Below, piece after piece: positions 29,069 to 41,863 of a DNA stretch of 64,000 bases. The position numbers and the translations under genes were made by a program. The DNA is from the human T2T-CHM13v2.0 reference genome, Homo sapiens. The notes below the pieces were generated by a model. It worked only from the letters and a program-made list of their open reading frames with translations. It did no database searches and was not told the DNA's origin. The first letter of the stretch is position 1. Every line of letters starts with the position of its first letter. The stretch lies in NCBI RefSeq assembly GCF_009914755.1, contig NC_060938.1; one strand, given 5' to 3'.

Positions 29069-29905
29069 GCAAACATTTTCTTGATTCTTCATCTCTTGGT
29101 GTCTAGTTAGGTTCCTCTAAATGCATAGTGAGACTCAGGTGAGCTCAAGTGAAGGTGAATTGAATTGTGTGAAGAGAGACTCCCGTGAAAATCCAGAGAC
29201 AGAAAGCTTGATTCCTTCACGCCTATATATGGGACCTGGGAAAGGAAACTAGAAAATCATTAAAACATTTGAAGAATCAGTGTTTCAGAATTCTTGTGGT
29301 CTCATACCCTCTCTTCTTGAACATTTGCTACTTTTTCTTTCTATACAGGTGAATTTGCTGTGCTTGATCATAATTTCTGCTTTCCTAAAACCTAGGTTTG
29401 TACAGGGCTGCAGCTTATTCATTAGGCCTTTTTGACTTTTACCCCTTTTTTCAGCTTCTATTACTGCTGCTAAGTGCCTTAGCGTCTCTTCTTCACCAAA
29501 GCAAAAACTCGAAGCATTCCAACTCATTGTTTTGTGTTTTTTCTCCCTCGACTGCCCAGCTTTTGTTGAATAGGCTGTGTATTCTATGGATGCTATGTTT
29601 AAAAAAAAATTCTGGGCTCTTTTAAAGCATTCCTGGTTGACGAATCACACTTAATGGAGGCACAGTGAAATGTGTCTAATTTTAAAACCTGGATAGTTCA
29701 TGTTAATTTGAATTATCAGGGAAACAATTCTGTATGGAGTTTCTTTTAGTATTTTGTTAGCACATGATTCCTTTTCCCCCTTAACTTGTTAAAACCTTGT
29801 CTTAGTAAATCTAGGGTATAACTAATACTATTAAAAAATTGCTTATGGAAGTATGAAATGTTACTTCAGTCATATAGATTAATAGCATGCCTGTTGAACA
29901 AACGA

Positions 29906-30126
29906 CAGTCATTCCTTGGTATATGCAGGAGATTGGCTTCAGGACCCCTGTGTATACCTAAATCTAAGCATGCTGGAAGTCCTGGAGTACTGTGGAACCT
30001 GAGTATACAAAGTTGACCCTCCATATACTTGGGTTTCACGTCCAGCAAATACGTATTTTCAGTAACAATTGGTTAAAAAAAAAATTCATGTGTAAGTGTA
30101 CCTGTGCAGTTCAAACCCGTGTTGTT
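29906..30126 (+). mobile_element. MER8 (Tigger-derived MITE)
   Basis: CAGTCATTCCTTGGTATA ... GCAGTTCAAACCCGTGTTGTT. Confidence 0.75.
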
Positions 30127-30809
30127 ACAGTTCTGGCAAAGTCTTATATTCAATAAACTCACATTTATCCAATTTAAAATCAGGTATTTTCTTAGGTGTA
30201 AAATAATTCTTAGAATAAGTTACCCGTTTAGGTAGAATTTGGTTTCTTTATCTAATCATGACATATCAAGACTCTCCAAATTGATAATTTAAAAACTTAA
30301 AAAATTCTCAGATTTATTTTTACATTAAAAGTGTAGCAATTAACTTTAATTTGCTTTATCCTAAACATGTCCTGATGTTTAATTATATCTGTATTATATA
30401 CCTTGTCTTTTTCTACAACACATTTGAGATGAATAAGAATACAAGTCACTTTTATGTGGCTTATGCATGTTTGTAAGGAGCATCAATATCTAGAATCTCA
30501 ACATCAGAATCATTTATACTTTGAGATTTAATTTTAGCAGAAACTACCCTTCACGTAAGTGATATGTATATTCAAGGCAGATGTTGGTAGTCAAATTACA
30601 TCGCCACCCGCCCCCTTCCCGCCCCGGGCGTACTTACTGAGTCCATCTAAAAGTAGGGCTGATGTTCTGTTGATGAGGCAAAGCCTTTTATTTAGCAATT
30701 TCGGTAGGATGTTGATGGCAGCCTCGCTTTTGCTGTATAACTTGTTTTGTGCAGTATGGGGTGCCTTTAAAAAACTGAGATAAGTTCCTAACTTGTAATT
30801 TATTTCACT

Positions 30810-31119
30810 ATTTTATTTTTTTGAGACAGAGACTTGCTCTGTTGCCCAGGCTTGGAGTGCAGTGGCAGAGTCACAGGTCACTGAAGCCTCGACTTCAAAG
30901 GCTCAGGTGATCCTCTCACCTCAGCCTGCAAGTAGCTGGGACTACAGGCTCACTTAACTACGCCCAGCTAATTTTCTTGTCTTTTTTTTTTTTTTTTTTT
31001 TGTAAAGGCAGGGTTTCGCCATGTTGCCCAGGGTAGACTGGAACTCCTAGGCTCAAGTGATCCGTCTGCCTCAGCCTCCTAAAGTGGTGGGATTCAGGCA
31101 TGAGCCACTGCGCTTGGTC
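30810..31119 (-). mobile_element. Alu (AluJ-like)
   Basis: Antisense Alu; TSD TGTAATTTATTT. Confidence 0.92.
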
Positions 31120-31767
31120 TGTAATTTATTTTAATGCAAAATGCCACATCCTAACATTTCAATTTTAATTTTATTAGATTTTTATATCCTTGATAGATCC
31201 CACTGCATCATGAGGCTGATAGTCACTGGTGTAAAGATGCAAGCAGTTGGTGACTGGTCTTAATCTGTAAATAAACCACCTCTTTTTGCGTGTGTGTGCA
31301 TTTCAGAATATGACACTTTTAATGAATGTCCATTGAGTTGGTAATAGTACCTCCTTATTTTCACGTGTAGTAGTTATCAACACTGTACAATAAACAAAAA
31401 AGTTAACTACTAATAAAGTACCAAAAGTGGATATTTCGGGAAAAGAAAGTAACGAATATTTAAATTTTTTCTCTTCAATTAGGATATTTTCACATGATTT
31501 AGAAATGGAAGGATGTTTTCTACTCCTTCTAGTTACCACTTGTCTTATTTTTCATAGTATATATGAATTGTAGTTGGCAAATAAATCAAGAATGTGATTT
31601 AAAGAACTAACCTGTTTAGATTTGTAGGTCAGGTTAGATTTGAAATGCCACTTGAAAGAGCAGCAGTTTTGACTTTAATTTTTATGAGACTGACAGGTTC
31701 TTTTTTTTTTTTTGTCCCCACCTTCTTCCCTATTTAGGTTTTATAGGATCACATTGACAAAAGTACC

Positions 31768-32290
31768 ATGGAGTTTTATGAGTCAGCATATTTTATTGTT
31801 CTTATTCCTTCAATAGTTATTACAGTAATTTTCCTCTTCTTCTGGCTTTTCATGAAAGAAACATTATATGATGAAGTTCTTGCAAAACAGAAAAGAGAAC
31901 AAAAGCTTATTCCTACCAAAACAGATAAAAAGAAAGCAGAAAAGAAAAAGAATAAAAAGAAAGAAATCCAGAATGGAAACCTCCATGAATCCGACTCTGA
32001 GAGTGTACCTCGAGACTTTAAATTATCAGATGCTTTGGCAGTAGAAGATGATCAAGTTGCACCTGTTCCATTGAATGTCGTTGAAACTTCAAGTAGTGTT
32101 AGGGAAAGAAAAAAGAAGGAAAAGAAACAAAAGCCTGTGCTTGAAGAGCAGGTCATCAAAGAAAGTGACGCATCAAAGATTCCTGGCAAAAAAGTAGAAC
32201 CTGTCCCAGTTACTAAACAGCCCACCCCTCCCTCTGAAGCAGCTGCCTCGAAGAAGAAACCAGGGCAGAAGAAGTCTAAAAATGGAAGCG
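31768..32290 (+). CDS. KTN1: KTN1 exon 2 CDS (exon starts at 31738): signal-anchor TM helix plus Lys-rich region
   Basis: Acceptor TTTAG|G at 31737/8; Kozak ACCATGG; donor GCG|GTATTG; 523 nt, ends phase 1. Confidence 0.97.
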
Positions 32291-32488
32291 GTATTGTAAT
32301 CTATTTAATCTATTTAATTTTATTGTATGATTTGGAGCTTGGAATTGAGATATTCTGTTAGGTACATACACAGAATGTTTAATATTGAATTTGAAACCAT
32401 GATTATTCATTTCATTATGTGTTTGCTTCATTAACATTAATTGCTGGTAGAAATTAGTATTGATCATAAAATAGCACTTTAAACTTCA

Positions 32489-32632
<144 letters not shown>

Positions 32633-33207
32633 CCCATACATCTTATAAATATCCAACTTTGGCTGTTTTACTTAAAACCACTTAGGACCTGTAAATATCA
32701 GCAGTTACGAACTTTCTAAATGATGTGGTAAGAATTAAAGGTGAAAAGCTAAAATCAGATATCATTTCTCACCCTTGATTGCTTCATTTTGCTAACATTT
32801 ATCATATATCTGTTTTATGCTAGGCATTATGCTAGGTATTAGGGCTACAGAGATGAATAGTGCATTTTCGAGGTAGTCGTGTGCTAGCTGTAGACACAGA
32901 TAGGTCATTATGAAAGATTTAGTGTAATGGTCTAGATATGTCTAAACCAGTGTAGGAATTCTAAGGTAGACCACTTAAAGCAAGTAATGCCAGAAATTTT
33001 TAAAGTTTGGTTAAGTACTAGTTAGGTTTTTTGGGTGGATGGGGAGGGGAGGGAGATTCCAGGGAAAGGGGGTTGATAGGTACAATGGAAAAGCCTTGAA
33101 AATTGGCGTGGCGATGTGTGAAACTGTAAACAGTTTGTTTTATTTGAAAGGACTTGTATGTACCATTAAGTCATTTGTGTGTCTTAACTTGTAGGAGGTT
33201 ATATTTG

Positions 33208-33486
<279 letters not shown>

Positions 33487-33539
33487 GGTTGTATTGGATT
33501 TTAAATATTTGCATGTCAGCTAGGATCAAGGCATAGTAA

Positions 33540-34860
33540 GAACTACATGTTTTAGTTGGGGAAAAGGACACGTAAGCCAGTAAAAAAAATGTGGTTTATG
33601 TAGGAGATAGAGAAAGTATAGAGGAAATATAGAAGCTAAAGCAACTACTGCTTATGCTGGGCTGAAAGGCTTTACAGGGGAGGCAGTTCCTGAGCATTGA
33701 ATCGCTTCATCAAGCAGATAGTGGGGTCTCATTACTCATTGGCAGAATATCATGTAAAGGCACAGAGCTGCAAGAGTACAGTGTATTATTGAGCCATACA
33801 ACGTGAGGTATAGAGAGTGGTAGGGAACAGAGCTGAAAAGATAGCAGTGGCTAGATCATGGTGGTTTTTGGATACTGTGCCAGGGAGCTAGGACTTCTTA
33901 GGTTAGCCATTGTTGAAGATTTTCAAGCAGTTTAGTTACATGGTCATATTTCTGTTTTAGAAAGATTTTTTTGGCAGAGCTAGCAAGAACAGATTTCATG
34001 GGGCAGTATTTGATGCCGGCAGACTAGTTAAGAGGTTATTTTAGTTTTCTAAAATTAAGATGTAGGCCTGAACTATGGTAGTGACAGAAGAAACAAAGTT
34101 GAGAAGTATGCAAAGTAAGAATGACACGAATAACCTCACTATATAGAGGTGTGGCAGATAAAGGAGAAGATAGGATTAAAGCTGATCTCCCAAGTTCTGA
34201 GTTAGGTTGGGGTTGGCAAACTGCAACCTGTGAGCCGCATGTAGCCCACTTCCTTTTTTTATGCCCATGAACCAAGAACACTTTTTGCATTTTAAATGGT
34301 TGGGAAATAGAATAATATTTTGAGAAATGTAAAAATGTAAAAAAAAGTCAAAATCTCAGTACTCATAAAGTGTTTTTATATGCAGCTACATTCATTCACT
34401 CATTCATAATATGTTTATGACTGGCTTTCATGCTGCAGTGGCAGACTTGAATAGTTGTACCAGAGACCATATGTCCTATAAGGTCTAAAGTTTTTACTAC
34501 GTGGCCCTTTGCAGAAAAAGTTTGCCAACTTGTGCTTGGCAGATGGTTGGTAGCACTAAAATAGGTAATACTGGAGAGAGACTAGATGTGAATTGAGAAG
34601 AGAACACTTCCAGTTTGTGTTTCCAATGCCTGTGGGGCCATCTACGTAGAGCAACTCAGGATGCAGTAGGGTATGTAAATGTAGAAAAGTAGATTCAGAA
34701 GCCTTAAGCGTGAAGGTAGTAGAAGGCATGGGAGTAGATAGCTCATCCAAGGGAAGTATTTTAATTGAAGCCCCAACCCTGAGAACAAGCAGTATTCAGT
34801 AGAAGCAGTTCCCAAAGGATACCGCAAAGGAATATTTCAAGTGTAAGAAGAGAATTATCA
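33540..34860 (-). mobile_element. LINE-2 fragments
   Basis: Purine-rich antisense L2-like text (e.g. GGTTAGCCATTGTTGAAGATTTTCAAGCAG). Confidence 0.55.
34209..34532. mobile_element. MER58 (hAT-Charlie MITE)
   Basis: Termini GGGGTTGGCAAACT ... AAAAAGTTTGCCAACT. Confidence 0.8.
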
Positions 34861-34879
34861 TGGGAACTGATAGGAGATA

Positions 34880-35235
34880 ATTTATTTTATTTATTTTTAT
34901 TGTGGCAAATTACAGCATGAAATTTACTATTTTAACAACTTTTAAGTGTGTAGTTTTGTGGTGGTAAGTACATTCACATTCTTATATAATCATCACCACT
35001 AGCCAAGTCCAGAACTCTTTCATCTTTTCCAAATGAAACTCTGTACGCATTATACACTAATTCCCCATTCTGCCTGCCTCCCCCTTTTCCCCCGTCCCTC
35101 CCCCTTCCCCCATATCTTGACAATTACCCTTCTACTTTCTGTCTTTATGAATTTGACTACTCTGGGAATGTCATATAAGTGAAATTATACGATATTTATC
35201 TTTTTGTCACTGCCATATTTTACTTAGCATAATGG
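34880..35235 (-). mobile_element. L1M(B) 3' fragment
   Basis: Antisense L1 3'UTR motifs; flanking repeat GGAGATAATTT. Confidence 0.75.
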
Positions 35236-35496
35236 AGAGGAGATAATTTTAAGAAAGGGGTAGAGACCAAAAGTATAAAATGCCAAAGAGTAGTCAAATA
35301 AGGAGTAATGAGTATTTGTAGAATATGGCATTTGGGACACTGGGGGATCTGAGTTAATCCTTTCGTGGAATGAAAGAGATAAAAATCAGGTTGCAATTAG
35401 CTGAGGAATGATTGGTAGAAAAGGAACTAAGAGTATTTTGTCAATATGTAAGGAAATGGATGTGGGATGCTGGGAATTATGGTGATGGGGAAGGGT

Positions 35497-35965
35497 TTTC
35501 TCTTCCTTCCCTTCCCTTCCTTCTTTTCCTTCCTTTCCTTCCCTTCCCTTCCTTCTTTTCCTTCCTTTCCTTCCCTTTCTTTCTTCCTTTTCTTCTTTCT
35601 TTCTCTCTTTCTCTCTCTCTTTTCTTTCTTCTTTCTTTCCTTTTTCTTTCGACAGGGTCTTGCTCTGTTGCTGAGGCTCGAGTGAATGGTGTGATCTTGG
35701 CTCACTGCACCTTCGACCTCCGGGGCTCAAGCTATCCTCCCACCTCAGCCCCAGAGTAGCTGGAACTACAGGTGTGCGCCACCACACCTGGCTAATTTTT
35801 TTTATTTTTTTCGTAGAGATGGAGTTTTGTAGAGATGAGGTTTCACCACTTTGCCCAGGTTGGTCTGGAACTCCTGGGTTCAAGTGATACTCCTGGGTTC
35901 AAGTGATCCACCTGCCTCAGCCTCCCAAAGTGCTGGGATTACAGGTGTGAGCAGCTGCACCTTGC
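35497..35965 (-). mobile_element. AluJ-like element whose tail has expanded into a ~150-bp CT-rich microsatellite
   Basis: (CTTC/CTTT)n at 35497-35650, then antisense Alu with small internal duplications. Confidence 0.92.
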
Positions 35966-36233
35966 TGTTTATTTTTTAAGATGATAGAGACTTGATCATG
36001 CCTATAGGCTCAGTAGGGTTGAAAATAGCTGAGGAATGGGAAAGGAGGAGTAAGTACATTGAAGAGCTGGTGTAGTGGAGTAAGAAAGCTAGAAAAAGTT
36101 ATTGGTGAGAGCGTTATATGTCAGACTTTAAATTTTTAGTGGTAAAACATTCTGGGAATTACTCAGTGATTGCATCTTTTCCGTTATGTTCATTGTTTGC
36201 CACAATTATTTTTTTTGTTTGTGTTTAATAAAG

Positions 36234-36371
36234 ATGACCAGGATAAAAAGGTGGAAACTCTCATGGTACCATCAAAAAGGCAAGAAGCATTGCCCCTCCA
36301 CCAAGAGACTAAACAAGAAAGTGGATCAGGGAAGAAGAAAGCTTCATCAAAGAAACAAAAGACAGAAAATG
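36234..36371 (+). CDS. KTN1: KTN1 exon 3 (DDQDKKVETL...KQKTEN)
   Basis: AAG| ... G|GTGAGA; 138 nt, phase 1-1. Confidence 0.95.
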
Positions 36372-37680
36372 GTGAGATGTTTAGATATGTATTTTTATAA
36401 TGCTAATTCTAGAGAAGTACACCAGCACAAGGACCCTGGAATCTCACACGCTCTTTAGCTCCCAGTTTAATGTGTGCTAATGACAACTGTAATACTAATG
36501 CAGGTCTAAAATTATCTTTAGCCTTATGACTTTATAGCGCTTTGACAGATGGGCAGGGTGTACATTTGAGATGAAAAAGTTTATATACCATTTACAAAGG
36601 GCAAAGCATTTATAAATATTCTTAACTCAGTTTTGAAAAAATAAATAGCATACAGACCATAGAAGAAAAACATTCTTGAAATTTTGTGCTTTTTAATATC
36701 ACTTAAAGGTAATGCTTAAGGACATTAGCTAGATCTGGCATTAGCTTACATTTCCAATTAATTCCTAAACAGAACTCACATGTGTATATGGCAAGCATCA
36801 GATTATAAGAGATGGAGCAATCTTATTTGTTCACAGTTTTCCAGGGAAAGCTTGGCTGTGAAATTTGTGAAGACTAAACAACTTAAAATTATGACATATC
36901 AATTAGGTATGAGAGAAATATTACCTGAATATATTTGTTAAAATTAAATGTTAAACAATTTTAAATAAAAGAAGAGACATATATAAGTAAAGAAGCTCTT
37001 TTTGAAAGGTAGGAATGAAAAGAAAAGAGATTTTCATCTGGGTGTGGAAGTTTGTATCTCTAACCAGCAGACATTAGGCTTGATGTTCAAACTCTTCAAA
37101 TTCTTCCCATTAAAATTAGGAACAAAATAAAGAGGCTTCCTTCTTCCACTTTTAATGTATTTTGGAAGTTTTAGCAAGTGTAGATGTGCCATGGAAATTA
37201 GAGGCATAACTCTTCAGAAATGAGAAGCTATCTGCAAGGAGCACTGTGGTTTTTGCACTTAGCAAGTACAAAGAACTTGTTTAAAAATTATCAACTACAG
37301 TAAGTTGGTAAAGTACCAACATAAATAAAAACTAATAGTTTTCCTTGAGCACTAATTAAGTGGAAATAATTCTTATATTAAAACAAAAATTAAAGGAGAC
37401 TTAAGGATGCATAAAAAGTTTTTAGATACCATTAGAGGAGATATGCTATACACTTTTAGATGATTTAAATGATTTACTATAAAATAAGACTGTTGAGCTG
37501 GTACGGCTTCATTAGAATGAGTGTTTTGACTTGTTAAATGACGAAATAGGAATTTAAAACCAATTTGAGCTACCAGTAAATGTTTCAAAAGAACTGCATT
37601 TATCATTAAATTATGCTTGCATGTCATTTACTCTGTTTTGTAAAAATTCTAATTATGATTTTGTTGAACTTAAATTGCAG

Positions 37681-37851
37681 TCTTCGTAGATGAACCCCTT
37701 ATTCATGCAACTACTTATATTCCTTTGATGGATAATGCTGACTCAAGTCCTGTGGTAGATAAGAGAGAGGTTATTGATTTGCTTAAACCTGACCAAGTAG
37801 AAGGGATCCAGAAATCTGGGACTAAAAAACTGAAGACCGAAACTGACAAAG
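37681..37851 (+). CDS. KTN1: KTN1 exon 4 (VFVDEPLIH...KTETDK)
   Basis: CAG| ... G|GTAATA; 171 nt, phase 1-1. Confidence 0.95.
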
Positions 37852-38898
37852 GTAATATATGGGATTTATAGTCTTTGTTGTACTATAAAAACACATTTCT
37901 GAGTTCTGATGGAGTCATAGATTTCATTTTCTCATAGAAACAATGCATTTCAAAAGAATCAAATCCTTGTGGTAGAAGACTTATTGGTAGTCTTTTAGTC
38001 CAGCCTCCTCAGTTTTGTAGATCTGGAACTTGAATTTGACTTTTTAAAGGTCCTACAGCTATTTTGCTATCTGATGATTATTTCCCAGCTACTACTGTCT
38101 CCTGTGAGGTTTCTTGGCTAATTCATAACTGTTGTTTTTTTTTAATAGACTGTTTTTTTTAGAGTAGTTTTAGGTTCACAGCAAAATTCATTGGAAAGTT
38201 CAGAGTTCCCACATATCCCCTGTTTCCACATAAGTACACAACTACCTTTTAAAACTTATAATTTAGCTGAAGTATTAAAAGCCCGAGGCTCCTTTGAGTC
38301 TGATGGGTGGCAGCTCTTTTTAAGAAGAGGTTGTTAATGCCTAATACGAGAACCTTGGGAAAATAAGGGTGGGTGGGTCAGGAGGTGCTTGATGCATGGA
38401 TTTTTAAAATGTCAGGATGGTTTGCATATATTTGATCTTCATAGAATCAGATTTCCTTTTTACAATTATCTTAGAACTTATTTTCTCATGTGTGGAATTT
38501 GGCTTAATATCTCTCAGGATTATTTTGTTTTTCACAGTTGGTTGTCAGTGTGCAAGGATTATTAAAGTTCATTGAGATTATTGTGAATATAATAGTGCAG
38601 ATATTAGCACATACTAGACACCTAAGTGATTTTTTTTTAAAGTGAGGGTATATTGGCATTTTAGTATTTTGCAGTTTGAGCAAACTTTTAGCTAATGTAA
38701 TTATTCCGTATTATAGATGATAAACCCTTTTTTTCCTCTTGACTGGAGTATTTGTTTTATTTAACCTGAAGTATATATCTGTTTTCTTTCGGTTATTGAC
38801 TTTCTGGGCCATGAATTCTTCATGCTTACCTTTGCTGAAGTTATTATTTGTGTTTTTTAAATGCCAACTCTTTGTTTGTTTGTTTTTTTCAAATTAAG

Positions 38899-39029
38899 AA
38901 AATGCTGAAGTGAAGTTTAAAGATTTTCTTCTGTCCTTGAAGACTATGATGTTTTCTGAAGATGAGGCTCTTTGTGTTGTAGACTTGCTAAAGGAGAAGT
39001 CTGGTGTAATACAAGATGCTTTAAAGAAG
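38899..39029 (+). CDS. KTN1: KTN1 exon 5 (ENAEVKFKDF...DALKK)
   Basis: AAG| ... AAG|GTAAGC; 131 nt, phase 1-0. Confidence 0.95.
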
Positions 39030-39178
39030 GTAAGCGTGTTTTTTGATTATGGGCATATTCATGACCAGTCATTAGAAGTTCACCAAACAAGACTTTAGCC
39101 AGAGCAATTAATATCTACTCCCATCCTTAACATCTCAGAACATACATCTGGAATGCCTTCAGAAATTACTTTATATAT

Positions 39179-41461
39179 CGTATTAGTCTGTTTTCATGCC
39201 GCTGATAAAGAGATACCCGAGACTGGGTAATTTATAAAGAAAAAGAGTTTAAATGGCTCACAGTTCTACGTGGCTGGGGAGGCCTCACAATCATAGTGGA
39301 AGGTGAAAGGCACGTCTTATATGGTGGCAGGGAAGAGGGAATGAGAATCAAGCGAAAGGGGTTTCCTCTTATAAAACCATCAGACCTTGTAAGGCTTATT
39401 TACTACCACAAGAATAATATGGGGGAAATTGCCCCCATGATTCAATTATGTCCCACCAGGTCCCTCCCACAACACATGGGAATTATGGGAGCTACAATTC
39501 AGGATGAGATTTGGGTGGGGACACAGCCAAACCATAACATTCCACTCCAGACCCTCCCAAATCTCATGTCCTCACATTTCAAAACCAATCATGCCCTCCT
39601 ACTGGTCCCCCAAAGTCTTAACTAATTTCATCATTAATTCAAAAGTCCACAGTCCAAAGTCTCATCCGAGACAAGGCAAGTCCCTTCCGCCTATGAGCCT
39701 GTAAAATCAGAAGCAACTTAGTTACCTCCTAGATACAGTGGTAGGCATTGGGTAAATACAGCCACTCCAAATGGGAGAAATTGGCCAAAATAAAAGGGCT
39801 ACAGGCCCCATACAAATCTGAAATCCAGTGGGGCAGTCAAATCTTAAAGCTCCAATATGATCTCCTTTGACTCCATGTCTCACATCCACGTCATGCTGTT
39901 TCAAGAGGTGGATTCCCATGGTCTTGGGCAGCTCCGCCCCTGTGGCTTTACAGGGTACAGCCTCCTTTCTGGCTGCTTTCATGGGCTGGCGTTGAGGGTC
40001 TGTGGCTTTTCCAGGCTCACAGTACAAGCTGTCAGTGGCTCTACCATTCTGGGATCTGGAGGATGGTGGCCCTCTTCTCACAGCTCCACTGGGCAGTGCT
40101 TCAGTGGGGACTTAGTGTGTAGGTTTCAACCTCACATTTCCCTTCCTCACTACCCTAGCAGAGGTTCTCCATGAGGGCCCCACCCCTGTGGCAAACTTCT
40201 GCCTGGACATCCAGGTGTTTCCATACATCCTCTGAAATCTAGGCAGAGGTTTCCCAAAACTCAAATCTTGACTTCTGTGCACCCACAGGTTCAACACTAC
40301 GTTGAAGCTGCTAAGGCTTGGGGCTTGTACCCTCTGAAGCCATGGCCCATGCTGTACCTTGGTTTCTTTTATCCATGCCTAGAGTGGCTGGGTTGCAGGA
40401 CACCAAGTCCCTAGGCTACATACAGCAGGGGGGCCCTGGGCCCTGCTCAGGAAACCATTTTTTCTTCCTAGGTCTCCAGCCCATGATAGGAGGGCCCTTC
40501 TGCAAAGGTCTTTGACATGCTCTGGAGACATTTTCTCCATTGTTTTGGTGATTTACATTTGGTTCCTCATTACTTATGCAAATTTCTGCAGCTGGCTTGA
40601 ATTTCTCCTCAGAAAGTGGGATTTTCTTTTCTATGGCATCATCAGGCTGCAAATTTTCCAAACTTTATTCTCTGTTTCCCTCTTAAAACTGAATGCTGTT
40701 AATAGCACCCAGGTCACCTCTTGAATGCTTTGCTGCTTAGAAATTTCTTCCGCCAGAGACCCTAAATCATCTCCCTCAAGTCTCCCTCAGATCTCTAGGA
40801 CAGGTGCATAATGCCACCAGTCTCTTTGCTAAAACATAGCAAGAGTCGCCTTTACTCCATTTCCCAACATGTTCCTCATCTCCATCTGAGATGACCTCAT
40901 CCTGGATTTCATTGCTGGTATCATCATCAGCATTTTGGTCAAAGCTATTCAGCAAGTCTCTAGGAAGTTCTAAACTTTCCCACATCTTCCTGTCTTCTTC
41001 TGAGCCCTCCAAACTGTTCCAGCTCTGCCTGTTACCCAGTTGTAAAGTCACATCCACATTTTCGGGTATCTTTACAGCAGTTCCTCACTCCTGGTACCAA
41101 TTTAGTGTATTAGTCTATTTTCACGTTGCTGATAAAGACATACCTGAGACTGGTAATTTATAAAGAAAAAGGGGTTTAATGGACTCACAGTTTCATGTGG
41201 CTGGCCTCACAATCATGGTAGAAGGTGAAAGGCATGTCTTACATGGCAGCAGGGAAGAGGGAATGAGAACCAAATGAAAGGGATTTTCCCTTTTAAAACC
41301 CTCAGATCTTGTGAGACTTATTCACGACCAGGAAAACAGTATGGGGGAAACTGCCTTCATGATTCAATTATCTCCCACCGAGCCTCTCCCACGGCACGTG
41401 GGAATTATAGGAGCTACAATTCAAGATGAGATTTGGGTGGGTACACAGCCAAACCATATCA
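39179..41461 (-). mobile_element. Full-length THE1 (THE1B-like) MaLR element: LTR 39179-39539, internal region, LTR 41106-41461
   Basis: Two ~360-bp LTRs (YGTATTAGTC...AAACCATAWCA), a ~1.57 kb internal region, and 5-bp TSD TATAT on both sides. Confidence 0.95.
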
Positions 41462-41563
41462 TATATTCACACTAATCAATTCACTTATTTAAAATGTCAT
41501 CTGTTGTCATCTGATCCTTTGACAGAGCCAATTGCTTAAAATAAGTAAGATGATTTATATTAC

Positions 41564-41863
41564 TTTTTTTTTTTTTTTTTTTTGAGACAGAGTCTTGCTC
41601 TGTTGCCCAGGCTGGAGTGCAGTGGCGTGATCTCGGCTCACTGCAACCTCTGCCTCCTGGGTTGAAGTGATTCTGCTGCCTCAGCTTCCAGAGTAGCTGG
41701 GATTACAGGCATGCACCACCATGCCTGGCTAATTTTTGTATTTTTAGTAGAGATGGGGTTTCACCGTGTTAGCCAGGATGGTCTCGATCTCCTGACCTCA
41801 TGATCCGCCTGCCTCGGCCTCCCAAAGTGCTGGGATTACAGGTGTGAGCCACCGTGCCCGGCC
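41564..41863 (-). mobile_element. Alu (AluS-like)
   Basis: TSD GATTTATATTACTTTT. Confidence 0.95.

Noticed and set aside
35386-35883. 165-aa minus-strand K/E/R-rich ORF and overlapping F/L/S/P-rich ORFs
   Set aside because: Translation of an Alu plus CT microsatellite.
39296-41163. Cluster of 60-119 aa ORFs
   Set aside because: Fragments within THE1 LTR/internal sequence; no intact retroviral or MaLR ORF.
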